Shown piece after piece: positions 11,258 to 24,734 of a stretch of 64,000 nucleotides of DNA (positions within the stretch are counted from its first letter, which is position 1; the number at the start of each line of letters is the position of its first letter). The DNA lies in assembly GCA_036785375.1 (NCBI GenBank), contig JAWMAR010001270.1:1-64000 (forward strand). The letters are read 5' to 3'. The notes beneath the pieces are model-generated. The model was not told the origin of the DNA. It did no database searches and worked only from the letters and a program-made list of their open reading frames with translations. The DNA comes from Leucoraja ocellata. Taxonomy: Eukaryota. The position numbers and the translations under genes are program-made.

Positions 11258-13050
11258 TCCTGTAGGTCCCTTGCAGTCAGAAACAGGTGAGTTGATCATG
11301 GGGAACAAGGATATGGCGGACCAATTGAATAACTACTTTGGTTCCGTCTTCACTAAGGAAGACATAAATAATTTGCCGGAAATAGCAGGGAACCGCGGAT
11401 CAAAGGAGTTGGAGGAATTGAGTGAAATCCAGGTTAGCCGGGAAGTGGTGTTGGGTAAATTGAATGGATTAAAGGCCGATAAATCCCCAGGGCCAGATAG
11501 GCTGCATCCCAGAGTACTTAAGGAAGTAGCTCCAGAAATAGTGGATGCATTAGTAAAAATCTTTCAAAACTCTTTAGATTCTGGAGTAGTTCCTGAAGAT
11601 TGGCGGGTAGCAAACGTAACCCCACTTTTTAAGAAGGGAGGGAGAGAGAAAATGGGGAATTACAGACCAGTTAGTCTAACATCGGTAGTGGGGAAACTGC
11701 TAGAGTCAGTTATTAAATATGGGATAGCAGCACATTTGGAAAGTGGTGAAATCATTGGACAAAGTCAGCATGGATTTACGAAAGGTAAATCATGTCTGAC
11801 GAATCTTATAGACTTTTTCGAGGATGTAACTAGTTGCGTGGATAGGGGAGAACCAGTGGATGTGGTGTATCTGGACTTCCAGAAGGCTTTCGACAAGGTC
11901 CCACATAAGAGATTAGTATACAAACTTAAAGCACAAGGCATTGGGGGTTCAGTATTGATGTGGATAGAGAACTGGCTGGCAAACAGGAAGCAAAGAGTAG
12001 GAGTAAACGGGTCCTTTTCACAATGGCAGGCAGTGACTAGTGGGGTACCCCAAGGCTCAGTACTGGGACCCCAGCTATTTACAATATATATTAATGATCT
12101 GGATGAGGGAATTGAAGGCAATATCTCCAAGTTTGCGGATGACACTAAGCTGGGGGGCAGTGTTAGCTGTGAGGAGGATGCTAGGAGACTGCAGGGTGAC
12201 TTGGATAGGCTGGGTGAGTGGGCAAATGTTTGGCAGATGCAGTAATGTGGATAAATGTGAGGTTATCCATTTTGGTGGCAAAAACAGGAAAGCAGACTAT
12301 TATCTAAATGGTGGCCGATTGGGAAAGGGGGAGATACAGCGAGACCTGGGTGTCATGGTACACCAGTCATTGAAGGTAGGCATGCAGGTGCAGCAGGCAG
12401 TAAAGAAAGCGAATGGTATGTTAGCTTTCATTGCAAAAGGATTTGAGTATAGGAGCAGAGAGGTTCTACTGCAGTTGTACAGGGTCTTGGTGACACCACA
12501 CCTGGAGTATTGCGTACAGTTTTGGTCTCCAAATCTGAGGAAGGACATTATTGCCATAGAGGGAGTGCAGAGACGGTTCACCAGACTGATTCCTGGGATG
12601 TCAGGACTGTCTTATGAAGAAAGACTGGATAGACTTGGTTTATACTCTCTAGAATTTAGAAGATTGAGAGGGGATCTTATAGAAACTTACAAAATTCTTA
12701 AGGGGTTGGACAGGCTAGATGCAGGAAGATTGTTCCCGATGTTAGGGAAGTCCAGGACAAGGGGTCACAGCTTAAGGATAAAGGGGAAATCCTTTAAAAC
12801 CGAGATGAGAAGAACTTTTTTCACGCAGAGAGTGGTGAATCTCTGGAACTCTCTGCCACAGAGGGTAGTTGAGGCCAGTTCATTGGCTATATTTAAGAGG
12901 GAGTTAGATGTGGCCCTTGTGGCTAAGGGGATCAGGGGGTATGGAGAGAAGGCAGGTACGGGATACTGAGTTGGATGATCAGCCATGATCATATTGAATG
13001 GCGGTGCAGGCTCGAAGGGCCGAATAGCCTACTCCTGCACCTAATTTCTA
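11258..13050 (+). mobile_element. Young 5'-truncated CR1 LINE (RT domain to 3' UTR, single frameshift at ~12243)
   Basis: [21 protein letters not shown] and FADDTK motifs; (TTTCTATG)n-type tail. Lies in gene A intron 5. Confidence 0.95.
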
Positions 13051-13319
13051 TGTTTCTATGTGTCTATGTATCCCTCGTGGGATCGCACCACCCCTAGACA
13101 ACAATTGTCCTATCCAGGAACACCTAGTCTTGGGTTGTCTGTTGCTGGCATTGATCTGTCCTGGTCTTTTTTTGCTTCCAGACCCCCCTCTCTACAATCA
13201 GTCTGAAGAAGGGTCCTGGACCGAAACGGCACCTATCCGTTTTCTGCTAAAATGCTGCCTGTCCCACTGAGATACTGCAGCATTTTGTGTCTGTCTCAGG
13301 TTTTGCTAATATTACATGG

Positions 13320-15520
13320 GTGGATTTAAGTTAGATTGGCGGGGGGGGGGGGGGGATCCAATTCAGGACTGAGGCAGGTGAGAAACAGATGCTGAGAGAA
13401 TGTTTAGAGGAGAGAATAGGCAGGAGCATGGCAAGGAGTGAGGAAAGACTATTGGATTGAATTGTATTTATTTTAATGCGAGAGGTCTATAGGTAATGTG
13501 TAGCGGGTACGTGTGACTGGGACATTGTAGCCATTACAGAAACCTGGCTAAGAAAGGGACAGGATACAGATGTTATAGGAGAGAGAGGTAGCAGTTAGAG
13601 GAAGCAGTGTTGCTTTATTTAAGGAGAACTTCATGGCAGTAGTCCGAGATGACATTACTGATCGTCGTTCAGTGAGGTTATATGGGTGGAAATATGAAAT
13701 TGTTGTTGGGAGCGTTCTTTAGACCTCCAAATAATCAACAGGAATTTAGAAGAGCAAATATGCCAGGAGATTGCAGGCATCTTCAAGACTAATGTTGTCA
13801 AATCTGGGATTTTCATATTCTCAATATAGACTGGGATTGTCATAACACCTAGAGTTTAGACGGAATGGAAATTGTCAAATATGGTCAGGAAAGTTACCTT
13901 AGACAATATGTAGAGGGGCCTTACATAGGAGAGGGCAAAGCTTGATCTACCCAAAGGAAATTGGAAAGGGAACTGACTGATGTGTTCATAGATTACCCTT
14001 TTGGGACCAGTGCTCACTGTTCTATTAACTTTAAAATAGTTATGGATAAAGACTCATGGGTGGACCCATGAGTTCAAATTCTGAATTTGGGCAAGGCCAA
14101 CTTTTAAGGTGTTAGACAGGAATTTGCTAAATTTAATTCAAGTAGGTTGTTTGTGGGCAAAGGAACATTCAGGAACATACTTGGAAAGGAAATCAGGAGG
14201 CCAACAGGTGGTCAAGAGGAAACGCTTGCAAATAATATTAAGGTAAATCCAGATTTTATAAAATATTAGGCAAAAGAAGGTAACTAGAGAGTATAGGGCC
14301 CCACAGAAACCAAAGTCGTCATCTCTGCGTGGAGCGGCAGGAGATGGGCAAGGTACTCAACGAGTATTTCTCCTCTGTTTTTAACATGGAGGCAGACATG
14401 AAGACTGGGAACTTGGGACAGTTAATGAAAATGTCTTGACAGCCCACATTACGATCGAGGAGGTGCTGAATGTCCTGAGGTGTATGAATGTAGAATAATC
14501 TACCAGACCTGATCAGATATATCAGAGGACACTGTGGGAAGTTAGAGAAGAAATAGCATCTGGGCTGAGGTAAACAAATCATCATTAAACAGGTCTGAGC
14601 TGCAGAAAATGTTTGGATTTATTTCCCGACATGCAATACCTCACACTTATCTGCACATGCCTAACTGATCAAGATCCTGCTGTAATATTTGATGACCATC
14701 TTCATTATCTACTTTACCACTGACTTAATGTCATCTGCAAGCTTACCAAAAAAATCTTCTATATTCTGGCCCAAATCATTGACATGCAACACAAACGGCA
14801 ATGAATCCAGCACCAATCCCCGAGGCACACCCTTACTCCCAGGCCTCCAGACATTCCTTGCTGGAGACAGAGAAACTTGGAACAATAATAGAAATCTCGA
14901 GGACAGTATGTATTATGTTTGAGGAGCATACACAAAAAGCTGGAGTAACTCAGTGGGACAGGCATCATCTCTGGAGAAAAGGAATGGGTGCCGTTTCGGG
15001 GTCGAGACACTTCTTTAGACCCTTCTTCCTCATGGTTGAGGAGGTACTGAATGTCATTGCAAAGAAAATCTTAGGAACTATAGATCAGCGAGCCAAATAT
15101 CTGTGGTAGGCAAATTACTGGAGAGAAACATTAGATTGCATAGGATCCAGGGAGTACTGGAAAGAATTGGCTTCATGGAAGGAAGCAGAGGTGATGGCGA
15201 AAGGTTGTTTGTCTGACTGGAGGCCCGTGACTAGTGTTATGCCTCAGGGATCAGTGCTGGGCCCATTGCTATTTGTGGTTTGTATCAATGATTTGAATGA
15301 GAATGTACAAGGCATGGTTAATAAGTTTGCAGGTGACACTAAAGTGGGTGGTATCGTAGATAACGCAGATATTTGATCAGTTAGGGAAATGGGCTGAGAG
15401 ATTGTTAATGTTAAATGCAGATAAGCACAAGGTGTTGCATTTTGGGAAATCAAACCAGGACAAGACCCACACAGTGAAAGGCAGGGTCCTGGGAAGTGTT
15501 GTGGAGCAAAGGGATCTAAT
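13320..15520 (+). mobile_element. Old fragmented CR1 LINE (endonuclease and RT remnants)
   Basis: Degenerate [17 protein letters not shown] and FAGDTK segments interrupted by small repeats. Confidence 0.7.
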
Positions 15521-16049
15521 ATTGTAGGTACCCAAAATTGCTGGAGAAACTTAGCGGGTGCAGCAGCATCTATGGAGCTAAGGAAATAGGCGACGTTTCG
15601 GGCCGAAACCCTTCTGCAGACTGATGGGGAGTGGGGGGGGGGGGGAGGGGGGGGGGGGGGGAGAGAAGGAAGGAAAAAGGGAGGAGGAGCCCGAGGGCAG
15701 GGGAGGGGGAGATGGGAGGAGACAACTTGAGGGTTAAGGAAGGGGAGGAGACAGCAAGGGCTAGCAAAATTGGGAGAATTCCTTGAAAGTGGTGTCACAG
15801 ATAGAGTGGTCAGATAACTTTTGGTATGTTGGCCTTCATCAGTCAGGGAATGAGTCCACATGCAGCTTAGATTATTCACCAACTGACTCTTTCCATGGTA
15901 AAGGTCCATGGTGCAAGGACATCGCCCTCACTTTTGATCCCAGTTTCAATCTAACAAATACTCTTAGCTGTGTGGACTGATTTCTGCCAAGGTGCAACCA
16001 AATTGTCCTCGCCCCGATCCGCAATATGACCAAGGCTGCAAATTTTTTT

Positions 16050-16370
16050 TAGTTTAGTTTAGAGATGCAGTGCTGAAACAAGCCCTTTGGCCAACTGAGT
16101 CGCACAGACCAGCGATTCCCGTACATTAACATTATTCTGCACACACTAGGGACAATTTACATTTTACCAAGCCGATTAACCTACAAACTAATACGTCTTG
16201 AGTGTGGGATGAAACCGAAATTCTAGGAGAAAACCCACACGTCACGTGGAGAACGTACAGACTCCAGACAGGCAAGCACCCAGGGTCCAAGGTCAGGATC
16301 CAACCCGGGTCTCTGGCACTAAGGCAGCACCAATCTTTGGGCAGCACCTCTATTGCTGCACCACTGTGTG
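16050..16370 (-). mobile_element. tRNA-derived SINE (HE1/V-SINE-like)
   Basis: gtttagtttagagat tail; similar to the copies at 21065 and 23035. Confidence 0.75.
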
Positions 16371-16789
16371 AATAGGGTAAATATTAGTCAAACCCTCAAT
16401 CAGTGATCAGACACAAATATCGCAACAGGGGACTTTGCATAATCTTGTACCCTGATGTTTGAGCACTACTCGAATTTATCAACCATTCTTAGTCTTGGAA
16501 TCCAAAAACTCAGACCAATTACATTTCTTTATATAAAAAAGGATATTCATCTGGTTGGCCTATACTCTACCGCTACATCAGAGAATCTGGTGCTTCTGTA
16601 CCCATGAATTTGCAACTGCATTGTCACAGGACAAAGAGTACTGTAGAAGCTGTACTTTGTCCAGGCGCAGCCACTCAGCACTGAGATGCGGGGATCATGA
16701 ATGCATCTTGCAATGAATGGGCTCAACAGCTGAAAATGGGGCTGCTTCATTGGTTGAGAGGGGCCCGTCTCATCAGCACATCTAAGATC

Positions 16790-17290
16790 ACAAAAGAATC
16801 TTGATGAACTGGGACAATGGGCCGAGGAATGGCACATGGAGTTTAATGCAGAAGTTTTACATTGGCAAGACAAACTTGGACAGGGTTAATACAATAAATG
16901 GTAGGCCATGGGGAGTGCTGTAGAACAGAAAGACCTAGAAGTACATAGTTCCATGAATATGGTGATGCAGGTAGACAGGGTGCTGAAGAAAATATTTGGC
17001 ATGCATGTCTTCATGAGTCAGGTTGAGTACAGGAGTTGGGGCATGTTATTGCTGGCTAAGATGTTGGTACGGTCACATTGAGTACTGTGTACAGTTCTGG
17101 GGTGAAAATACAGCTATTCACCAGGATAGGGAGAATGGGGTTAAGGTGAGAGAGGGATATTAAAGGGGCCTTTGGAGCAACTTTTTCACCAAAAGGGTGA
17201 TTCGCGAGCAGCCAGAGGAAGTGCGAGGCAAGTACATTTACAATATACAAGACACTTGGACAGGTTCACGGCTCGATAAGGTATGATACA
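16790..17290 (+). mobile_element. Old CR1 3' fragment
   Basis: WAEEWHMEFN and LEYCVQFW-like remnants. Confidence 0.65.
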
Positions 17291-17931
17291 TACATATTTG
17301 GGCCACAAAGCGACTTCCATCACAATTAGCAGGAGGTGAGGGAGGATTTGTAGGGCGCTCGCCCAGCTGCTTTTCTGTAGCAATGACCTGCACTCATGGA
17401 TGTCTCACTGTATCTTGCATAACAGCACACTGTATGACACTCGCCTCCCTGTTCGCCCCATCCCACCCGATAGCAGCACACAGACAGCCATCGAATATTT
17501 AAAATGGCTCCTTCCACATGGGCTAGTCTGCTACTGGGTCACTGACTTTTGCATCGCCTGGTTGTGCCAGAGGCGAGTCGTGTCCATAACCAGGAACCCG
17601 GCCCTGCAAGCCTGGTTGTAACAGGCCATGTATAAGCACAACTTGCTTTCTGGGAAGGAACACCGAACGCTAGTTGAACGCCGAACTAATGTATTAGCAT
17701 ACTGAAAAAGTAGTACTTTAAATCTTTACCTACACTTCCTAGGAGATTACACTAGCAATAACCTAGTATGAACATTAAGTGCAAAAATAAATATTGCTTT
17801 ATAAATACAATTAAAAATTGGAGTAAGAAAAAATACTTAAAGTAACTATCTTATACTAATCAATGATCGATATTTGAAAACAAAATCTATTCATGTATTT
17901 ACTAACATCCGATATTTAATGACTTTCACAG

Positions 17932-18057
17932 ACTAAAGGAAGCGAAGCTGACAAGCCTACTTACGCTGCTCTGCAGTTTTCCAAATCAATTAAATCGGCA
18001 CCTAAACCCAAGAACGAACACCCAGTCTACGCAGATATAAATATTTCAAAGGGGTAA
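17932..18057 (+). CDS. Gene A exon 6: terminal cytoplasmic exon with two ITIM-like motifs (TKGSEADKPTYAALQFSKSIKSAPKPKNEHPVYADINISKG*)
   Basis: TACTAAC branch point at 17900-17906, acceptor ctttcacag|, phase 0, TAA at 18055-18057. Motifs TYAAL and VYADI. Joined model is 921 nt, 306 aa. Confidence 0.78.
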   Translation, partial: TKGSEADKPTYAALQFSKSIKSAPKPKNEHPVYADINISKG

Positions 18058-20069
18058 CGGTACTGTGAATGAGTGAAGATGCAAGACCTTATCACTTGCC
18101 ATTTATTGCCTGTCCAATTGAAAGGAACCACATCGCAGATCAGGGAAGAGGATCGCTATCATTTGCAACAGAGGAAATACCTTGACAGAATCGGAAGCCG
18201 ACGTGTTAATAACCAGTGCTTTCCAAGACGAAAGCAAGAACAGTAATGCCAGTGTCATACAGGTGCAAACATAAAAACCTATCCTCCCTCATTTATGCTG
18301 CTGTACTGTACATTTGGTGCAATGTTATCAAAATTTCACAAAGTGAGCTTACGTTCTATAAGAAAATGCCCGTTACTTCAATTTTATAAAAATAATTTTA
18401 TTTTCACTTAATTAAAACTGTCTTTTCAAATTCATCCACGGCTTGAAGATTATCAGTTGTTGTGACTGCCATCTGTATTGATACAAAACAGAAAAAATTG
18501 CCAACCAACAAACCAGGAGAGAAATGCATTGTTCCCTAAAGTGATTAGGGCAGTGCGGAACCACAAGGTGCACTCCAAGTCCTTGCGAGAAGTGACTTTT
18601 GCACCTGTTCAAATATTTGGACGAAAAGACTTGGATACTTATAGATCGAGTTGAGAAGATCTATAATCTCATTGAATGGCTGAATTTAGAGAACAGCATT
18701 TTAAAGAATTATGTCTGGGAGTAAGAACAGATTGGTGCATTTAACATTGGCTTAAATGCAGGCCATACACATATCATATCTAGGCAGTCCTATTCCACAT
18801 TTTTCTACATCTTTTTTCTCTCATGCCCATCAACGTCTCCTACTCAGCTAACCCAGGGTCAATTTACGGTAAAGAGGAAGGAAAGTGAAGGAAACCCACA
18901 TTGGCATAACATGTTCACATTGCAGAGCATTAGAAGTACAAGTCAGGATAATCTACCACCATTAACTGGTGATTAAAGTACTATTATATATTATGGGATT
19001 GGTATAGTGATAGGCTGCCGAAGGCAATAGATGGGGAGAAAAGGAAATCCACTGCCCGACTCTTAACCTACAGTACCCCACAATACATTGGGAGCCCAGA
19101 GTCACCCATTATGGATATACAAGCAGCAGTTGTTCACCTCTCCCTTACCAAGGCACAATACCCCACCTCTGCAATAAATTATCGCGATAATATTCGAATC
19201 TGCTTTAAATCCGAAGTGCTGATTTTGAAATGTTGTTAGAATTGCATTTGCATCTGTTTGGATACGCGGCTTCAAATTGTGAATGGAATATTTTCGTAAA
19301 TGTTCATACTGGGCAGATAGTGTTTTCGTCGGAACCTATGAAAGATAGGAAGGTATTGCTTTAACATCTAAGGTGTAGAGTTATGCTGGGCCAGGTTTGG
19401 ACGCAGACAGTGCCTAGAACGCGTTACCACGGGTGCTGGAAGAAGATAAGACAGCAGTTTTTAAAGAGTCTTTTCGATAGGCATATACATATGTACGAAG
19501 GAACTGCAGATGCTGGTTTAAACCGAAGATAGGCACAAAAAGCTTGAGAACAGCGGGACGGGCAGCATCTCTGGAGAGATGTAATGGGTGACGTTTCGCG
19601 TCGAGACCCTTCTTCAGAAATATTGCAGGCATAGTGGGATGTGGATCATATGCCGATAGAGGAGATTAGTTTATCTTCGCATCATGTTCCGCGTAGAGGT
19701 ACTAGGCCGAGAGACCCATTGCAGTGTTTAACTGTTGTATGTTTTATAATCTATTTGCTTTCGGAGACCTGAGTTCGATTCTCACTACTTCATCTGCGAA
19801 TTATAAATCTGCTTATTTAAATTAAATTATGTATATGCGTATACGCCGTCCTTGCTCTGCTCTTTTTTAGATGCCTCTTATTTGTTTCATCAGGACGAAG
19901 CGTATGCCCTTCCGATTCAGATATCTTTTAGACTTCTGCTTGTAATTCGCAAACACGAATGGGTCCATGCGAGCTTCTGCAACGTTTCTAAAAAAAAGAT
20001 GCATCGAAACTAAGTTTTTTTCCATCGTCTACTGACTAACTAATCATCTACTGACTAACTAACTGACCA

Positions 20070-20190
20070 CTGCATTTCTAGCTTGACAAAATAGAAATAA
20101 CACACAGCATGAAAATAGAACTGTTCTCGCGAGTCTGCTGGCGACGTCATGGAAAGGCTTGCGGTCGAATGCTGTGCCTATCTGAAACAA
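20070..20190 (+). promoter_or_regulatory. Putative conserved upstream regulatory element of gene B (CRE-like/GGAAA/RUNX-like)
   Basis: gagtctgctggcgacgtcatggaaaggcttgcggtc is homologous to 56759-56795, upstream of gene D. Confidence 0.4.
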
Positions 20191-20504
20191 ACAAGTCACG
20201 GACGGCTCGCGTTATCATCTTAAGTGTAGAACAAGAAGATTAATTTAAGACCATTGCTTAAAAGTCCGCTTCCGTAAATGAAACATTTCTAAGGTTGTAC
20301 TGTAATCTTCATTATTTCACAGGTAGACACAACATGCTGGAGTAACACAGTGGGACAGGCAGCATCACTGGAGAGAAGGAATGGGTGACGTTTCGGGTTG
20401 AAACCCTTCTTTCCTTTATTGTTCTTTCCTTAATTATTTCGTGTTCGTTCTGGGAAATAAATAAATACGTGGTAAACATCTTCATGGCAATTGGCTGATT
20501 TTTA

Positions 20505-20652
20505 AATATAACCATATAATATAACCATATAACAATTACAGCACGGAAACAGGCCATCTCGGCCCTTCTAGTCCGTGCCGAACACTTACTCTCACCTAGT
20601 CCCATCTACCTGCACTCAGAACATAACCCTCCATTCATTTCCGTCCATATAC
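20505..20652 (-). mobile_element. CR1 3'-end fragment ((ATATGGTT)n-tail subfamily)
   Basis: Reverse complement matches the 3' end of the element at 60650-60785. Confidence 0.8.
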
Positions 20653-21064
20653 CTGTTTCATCATTCTTGCCTGCTTGGAGTCCCGGGTATTTCATATGGT
20701 TGACGCGTTGTCACTTTTGCTCAGAAGAGCAGAGACGTGTGGTGCCTCTCCGGCATAGAGGAGCTGAAATATATCCGTGAGGGTTACTGGTCAGACTACC
20801 CCTGTGCACTTGACCTATGTGGGTGCGCTTAGTTCGTATTCCATACAACATTTGACAAGTTGTGATGATTCTATTGATAATAAGAAGATATCGCCTGTAA
20901 TTAGAGGCAACTTCCTGGCATTAACTATAAAGTTCATAGACTTTAGGGGCCGCTCGAATGGATAAGGAGAATGCAGATTGACTGGCAATATGTCGCAATT
21001 GATGACCGTCGGAGATATGCATTTAGTGCATTTACATCTTCAGTCTACATCTAAATTCCAGTTT

Positions 21065-21365
21065 TGTTTAATTTAGTTTAGAGATGCAGCGCGAAAACTG
21101 GCCCTTCGGCCCATTGGGTCCGCGCCGATAAGCGATCAACGCATATTAACACTATCCTACCCACGGTAGGGACATTTTTTACATTTACCAAGCCATTTAC
21201 CTACATGCCTGCACGTCTTTGGAGTGTGGGAAGAAACCGGAGAAAGAAAGCCCACGCGGTCACGGGGAGAACGTACAAACCCCGTACAGACAGTCCCCGT
21301 AGTCGGGATCGAACCCGGGTCCCCGGCGCTGCAAGTGCTGTTAGGCAGCAACTCTACCGCTGCGA
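21065..21365 (-). mobile_element. tRNA-derived SINE (HE1/V-SINE-like)
   Basis: Minus strand has A-box-like gcagcggtagagttgc and B-box GGTTCGATCCC. Confidence 0.8.
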
Positions 21366-21889
21366 TCACTTGGAAACAAAGTTGTGGCAAGATAATTACT
21401 GGATAATGCTAGATTGCAGGTACTTTGTAATCTGAAATGAATCACGAAATATTGTGAATTCTAGGCGTCGAGGACAATCTGTGGAGAAAGTTAAACAGTA
21501 AATATTTCTATATTATAACAGAAATGATCAACTCGAGACGTTAGTTCTATTTCGCAATCTGACCTGTTGCAGGATTCCAGTCAATTCCACCAAATGGGAG
21601 AAAACAGTATTTTCTTGTTAATGGCAATCCAACACATCTTGTCGAAAGGAGAATAAAAACGCAATCTAACCAATTATTCCCATCGGGCATTGTTAATAAT
21701 ATTTGGAAAACGCATATGCGATGACGCCATCAACAATGTAAGGGTCTAACATTATGGAAAACAAAATTATGTTGCCCAAAGCTTTCCGCGTCTCCTGTTT
21801 ACTAAATTAATCTAATTTAATGAAACTTTAAAAATATAGGAGCCATCTTGGAACCATTTAATCGAAGTTAAATTAATAATGCAAACATG

Positions 21890-22590
21890 ATTGAAGGTAG
21901 GCATGCAGGTGCAGCAGGCAGTAAAGAAAGCGAATGGTATGTTGGCTTTCGTAGCAAAAGGATTTGAGTATAGGAGCAGGGAGGTTCTACTGCAGTTGTA
22001 CAGGGTCTTGGTGAGACCACGCCTGGAGTATTGCGTACAGTTTTGGTCTCCAAATCTGAGGAATGACATTATTGTCATAGAGGGAGTGCAGAGAAGGTTC
22101 ACCAGACTGATTCCTGGGATGTCAGGACTGTCTTATGAAGAAAGACTGGATAGACGTGGTTTATACTCTCTAGAATTTAGGAGATTGAGAGGGGATCTTA
22201 TAGAAACTTACAAAATTCTTAAGGGGTTGGACAGGCTAGATGCAGGAAGCTTGTTCCCGATGTTGGGGAAGTCCAGGACAAGGGGTCACAGCTTAAGGAT
22301 AAGGGGGAAATCCTTTAAAACCGAGATGAGGAGAACTTTTTTCACACAGAGAGTGGTGAATCTCTGGTACTCTCTGCCACAGAGGGTAGTTGAGGCCAGT
22401 TCATTGGCTATATTTAAGAGGGAGTTAGATGTGGCCCTTCTGGCCAAGGGGATCAGAGGGTATGGAGAGAAGGCAGGTACGGGATACTGGGTTGGATGAT
22501 CAGCCATGATCATATTGAATGGCGGTGCAGGCTCGAAGGGCCGAATGGCCTACTCCTGCACCTAATTTCTATGTTTCTATGTTTCTATGA
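21890..22590 (+). mobile_element. CR1 LINE 3' fragment, same subfamily as 11258-13050
   Basis: 202-aa ORF2 C-terminus and (TTTCTATG)n tail. Confidence 0.93.
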
Positions 22591-23034
22591 TCTTTTTCAG
22601 TATTCGCTTGCGGTATCACAATATTCTTTTCTATTAAACAATGGGAATATACCGATGCATTTCCTCAAAATGTGGCAAATAAAATTCTTCAAATCCATTT
22701 TGTAAGATTATTATTGGTCCATTGTTGCAGAACAGCCCTTCGCTGACAGTAACGTGCACAGAAATCCTTAATTTGGAAGATTTGCCGTGTATTGAGGTTT
22801 TCTCGAACTGCCACTCGTTTCTTTACACTGCTGACTTCACTAAAAAATAAACACCGTGCCGCTTTAAATCTGAGCAGTCTTCATTATCTTCAAGACCAGC
22901 ATCACAAACCGGAATGTTCTTGTTGCAGCTCTTCGTTTGAACGGTTAATGTGGACAGACTTAAAACCCGAATATTACGCAATCTTTACATGGAAGTTCAA
23001 ATAGAAGCCATTTTCAGAAGCAGTTTTTTAGCAA

Positions 23035-23340
23035 TAGTTTAGAGATACAGCGCGGAAACAGGCCCTTCGACCCACAGAGTCCGCGCCGACCAGCGATCAC
23101 CCCGTACATTAGCACTATCCTGCACGCTAGGGACAATTTACAATCTTTACCGAAGCCAATCAACCTACGAACATGTACGTCTTTGGAATGTGGGCGGAAA
23201 CCGGAGCGCCCAGAGAAAACCCAAGCCAGTCACGGGACGAACGTACAGACTCCATACAGACAGCACCCGCAGTCGGGATCGAACCCAGGTCTCTGGCGCT
23301 GTAAGTGCAGCAACTCTACCACTGCGATACGGTCCTGCCC
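23035..23340 (-). mobile_element. tRNA-derived SINE (HE1/V-SINE-like)
   Basis: Minus-strand A-box gcagtggtagagttgc, B-box GGTTCGATCCC and gctgtatctctaaacta tail. Confidence 0.82.
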
Positions 23341-24486
23341 GATTTCAGTAATTTAAAAAATATCCAGAGAATTACTGTGTATATTTGGAATATTATGTCC
23401 TTCCATTGAACGGCACAAGGTCTCTAAGTGAGGCGCATCAAACATTTAAATTACACGAAAATTTCTTAACCATTTGGTCTACAACAGGTTTCCGCTCGTG
23501 CAATTTATTGTGTGTTCTGAAGCCAAAATCATTGATTTGTGCAGAGGAATGTGAGTATAACCACGATACGGGGAAAACATAAAGAGTTCAAACCGCCTCG
23601 CTCACAACATTGGCTTCTTGCCTGTAGTCCAAACTTTAAGTAATCCTTCATTTCTACGATTTTTAAAACAATACTTTGGAGGAAATTATAAGATTAACAG
23701 TTTGGTTTAAATCTCCCTAATTTATATTGGCCCATTCGATTAATTTACAGACCCTATTCTCCTGCGTTGTGTGGATGTCAACAGCATAAGTTGATTGCTC
23801 TACTGGGCATTATCGGAAGAAAAAACATAGATTTCATTCATACGTTAGCTGTAGCGGCTTGGCGCCAATTTTCTGCTGGACTCCCCATAGAATATTGCTG
23901 CAATTGTGTTTATGTAAATAGTAGAAATATTAGTTAACAAAAACCAGCATGGAGATTTGGTTTTGTAGGAATAGCAACCGGAGTTAGTGTGAAAAACGTC
24001 AGATGGAAACATAATCAATATAAAGCTGCGGATGGCGATGGTGAAGGCTGAACAGGAAGAAACGAAATGGGTGATTGTTGCTTGAATGTATATAATCGAA
24101 AGAGCACAACACACATTGGGAAGGGGGGGGGGGGGAGATTCAAGGGAAGGTGGGTGTCTACGTTTGTGCATCTAAATATTCACAAGCACTCCTTACCTTC
24201 TACGCGGAACGATTTGTGACAATTAACTGAGTAGGCAGCTGATGCATATTTAATTCCGAGTAAAAATCTCGATGCTACGGGAGGAGGTTGTGAACACGTT
24301 TCAGGAAGTATTGGAAGGCTTTGTTACAATGGGAATGGGCCGAACTATGACCTCTCCCGCCGCACGAGCCACAGTCGTGGGATATATTACGTCACGGTCA
24401 CGTTTCATATATTTACTCATAATTTCCTTTTCCGCAGAGCAAGTTTTGAGTAAACTAACAACAAGTTGGCAATTTATTCTTGTAAC

Positions 24487-24541
24487 ATGTCGGTGAAAGT
24501 TAGAGTTTGGTCCATGGCTCTTCTGGTCATACTAACGCAGG
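24487..24541 (+). CDS. Gene B exon 1: signal peptide (MSVKVRVWSMALLVILTQ)
   Basis: 55 nt, donor G|GTATAG, phase 1. Paralogous to the A/C/D leaders. Confidence 0.8.
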
Positions 24542-24734
24542 GTATAGTTAAAATGTGTGCCATTTCTGGTCTAAGTATTATTTTTCGAAAATTCGGACCT
24601 GGTTTCGAGCTATTAGGTTCATCTATTAGGCCCTCGTGGGTTTATAGTTGTTTCGTGCTTTTCGACAGTTGGTTCCTGTATTCTCTGTCCAGTGTTTACA
24701 ACTGTTTCAATTGTTCTTGCTTTTTCCCCGACAG

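Noticed and set aside
20483-20690. Possible leader exon of gene B interrupted by a CR1 tail
   Set aside because: In-frame stop right after the ATG, and a much better leader conserved in all four genes exists at 24487-24541.
23270-23330. tRNA genes
   Set aside because: The A/B boxes belong to the tRNA-derived heads of dispersed SINE copies; no complete cloverleaf is evident.
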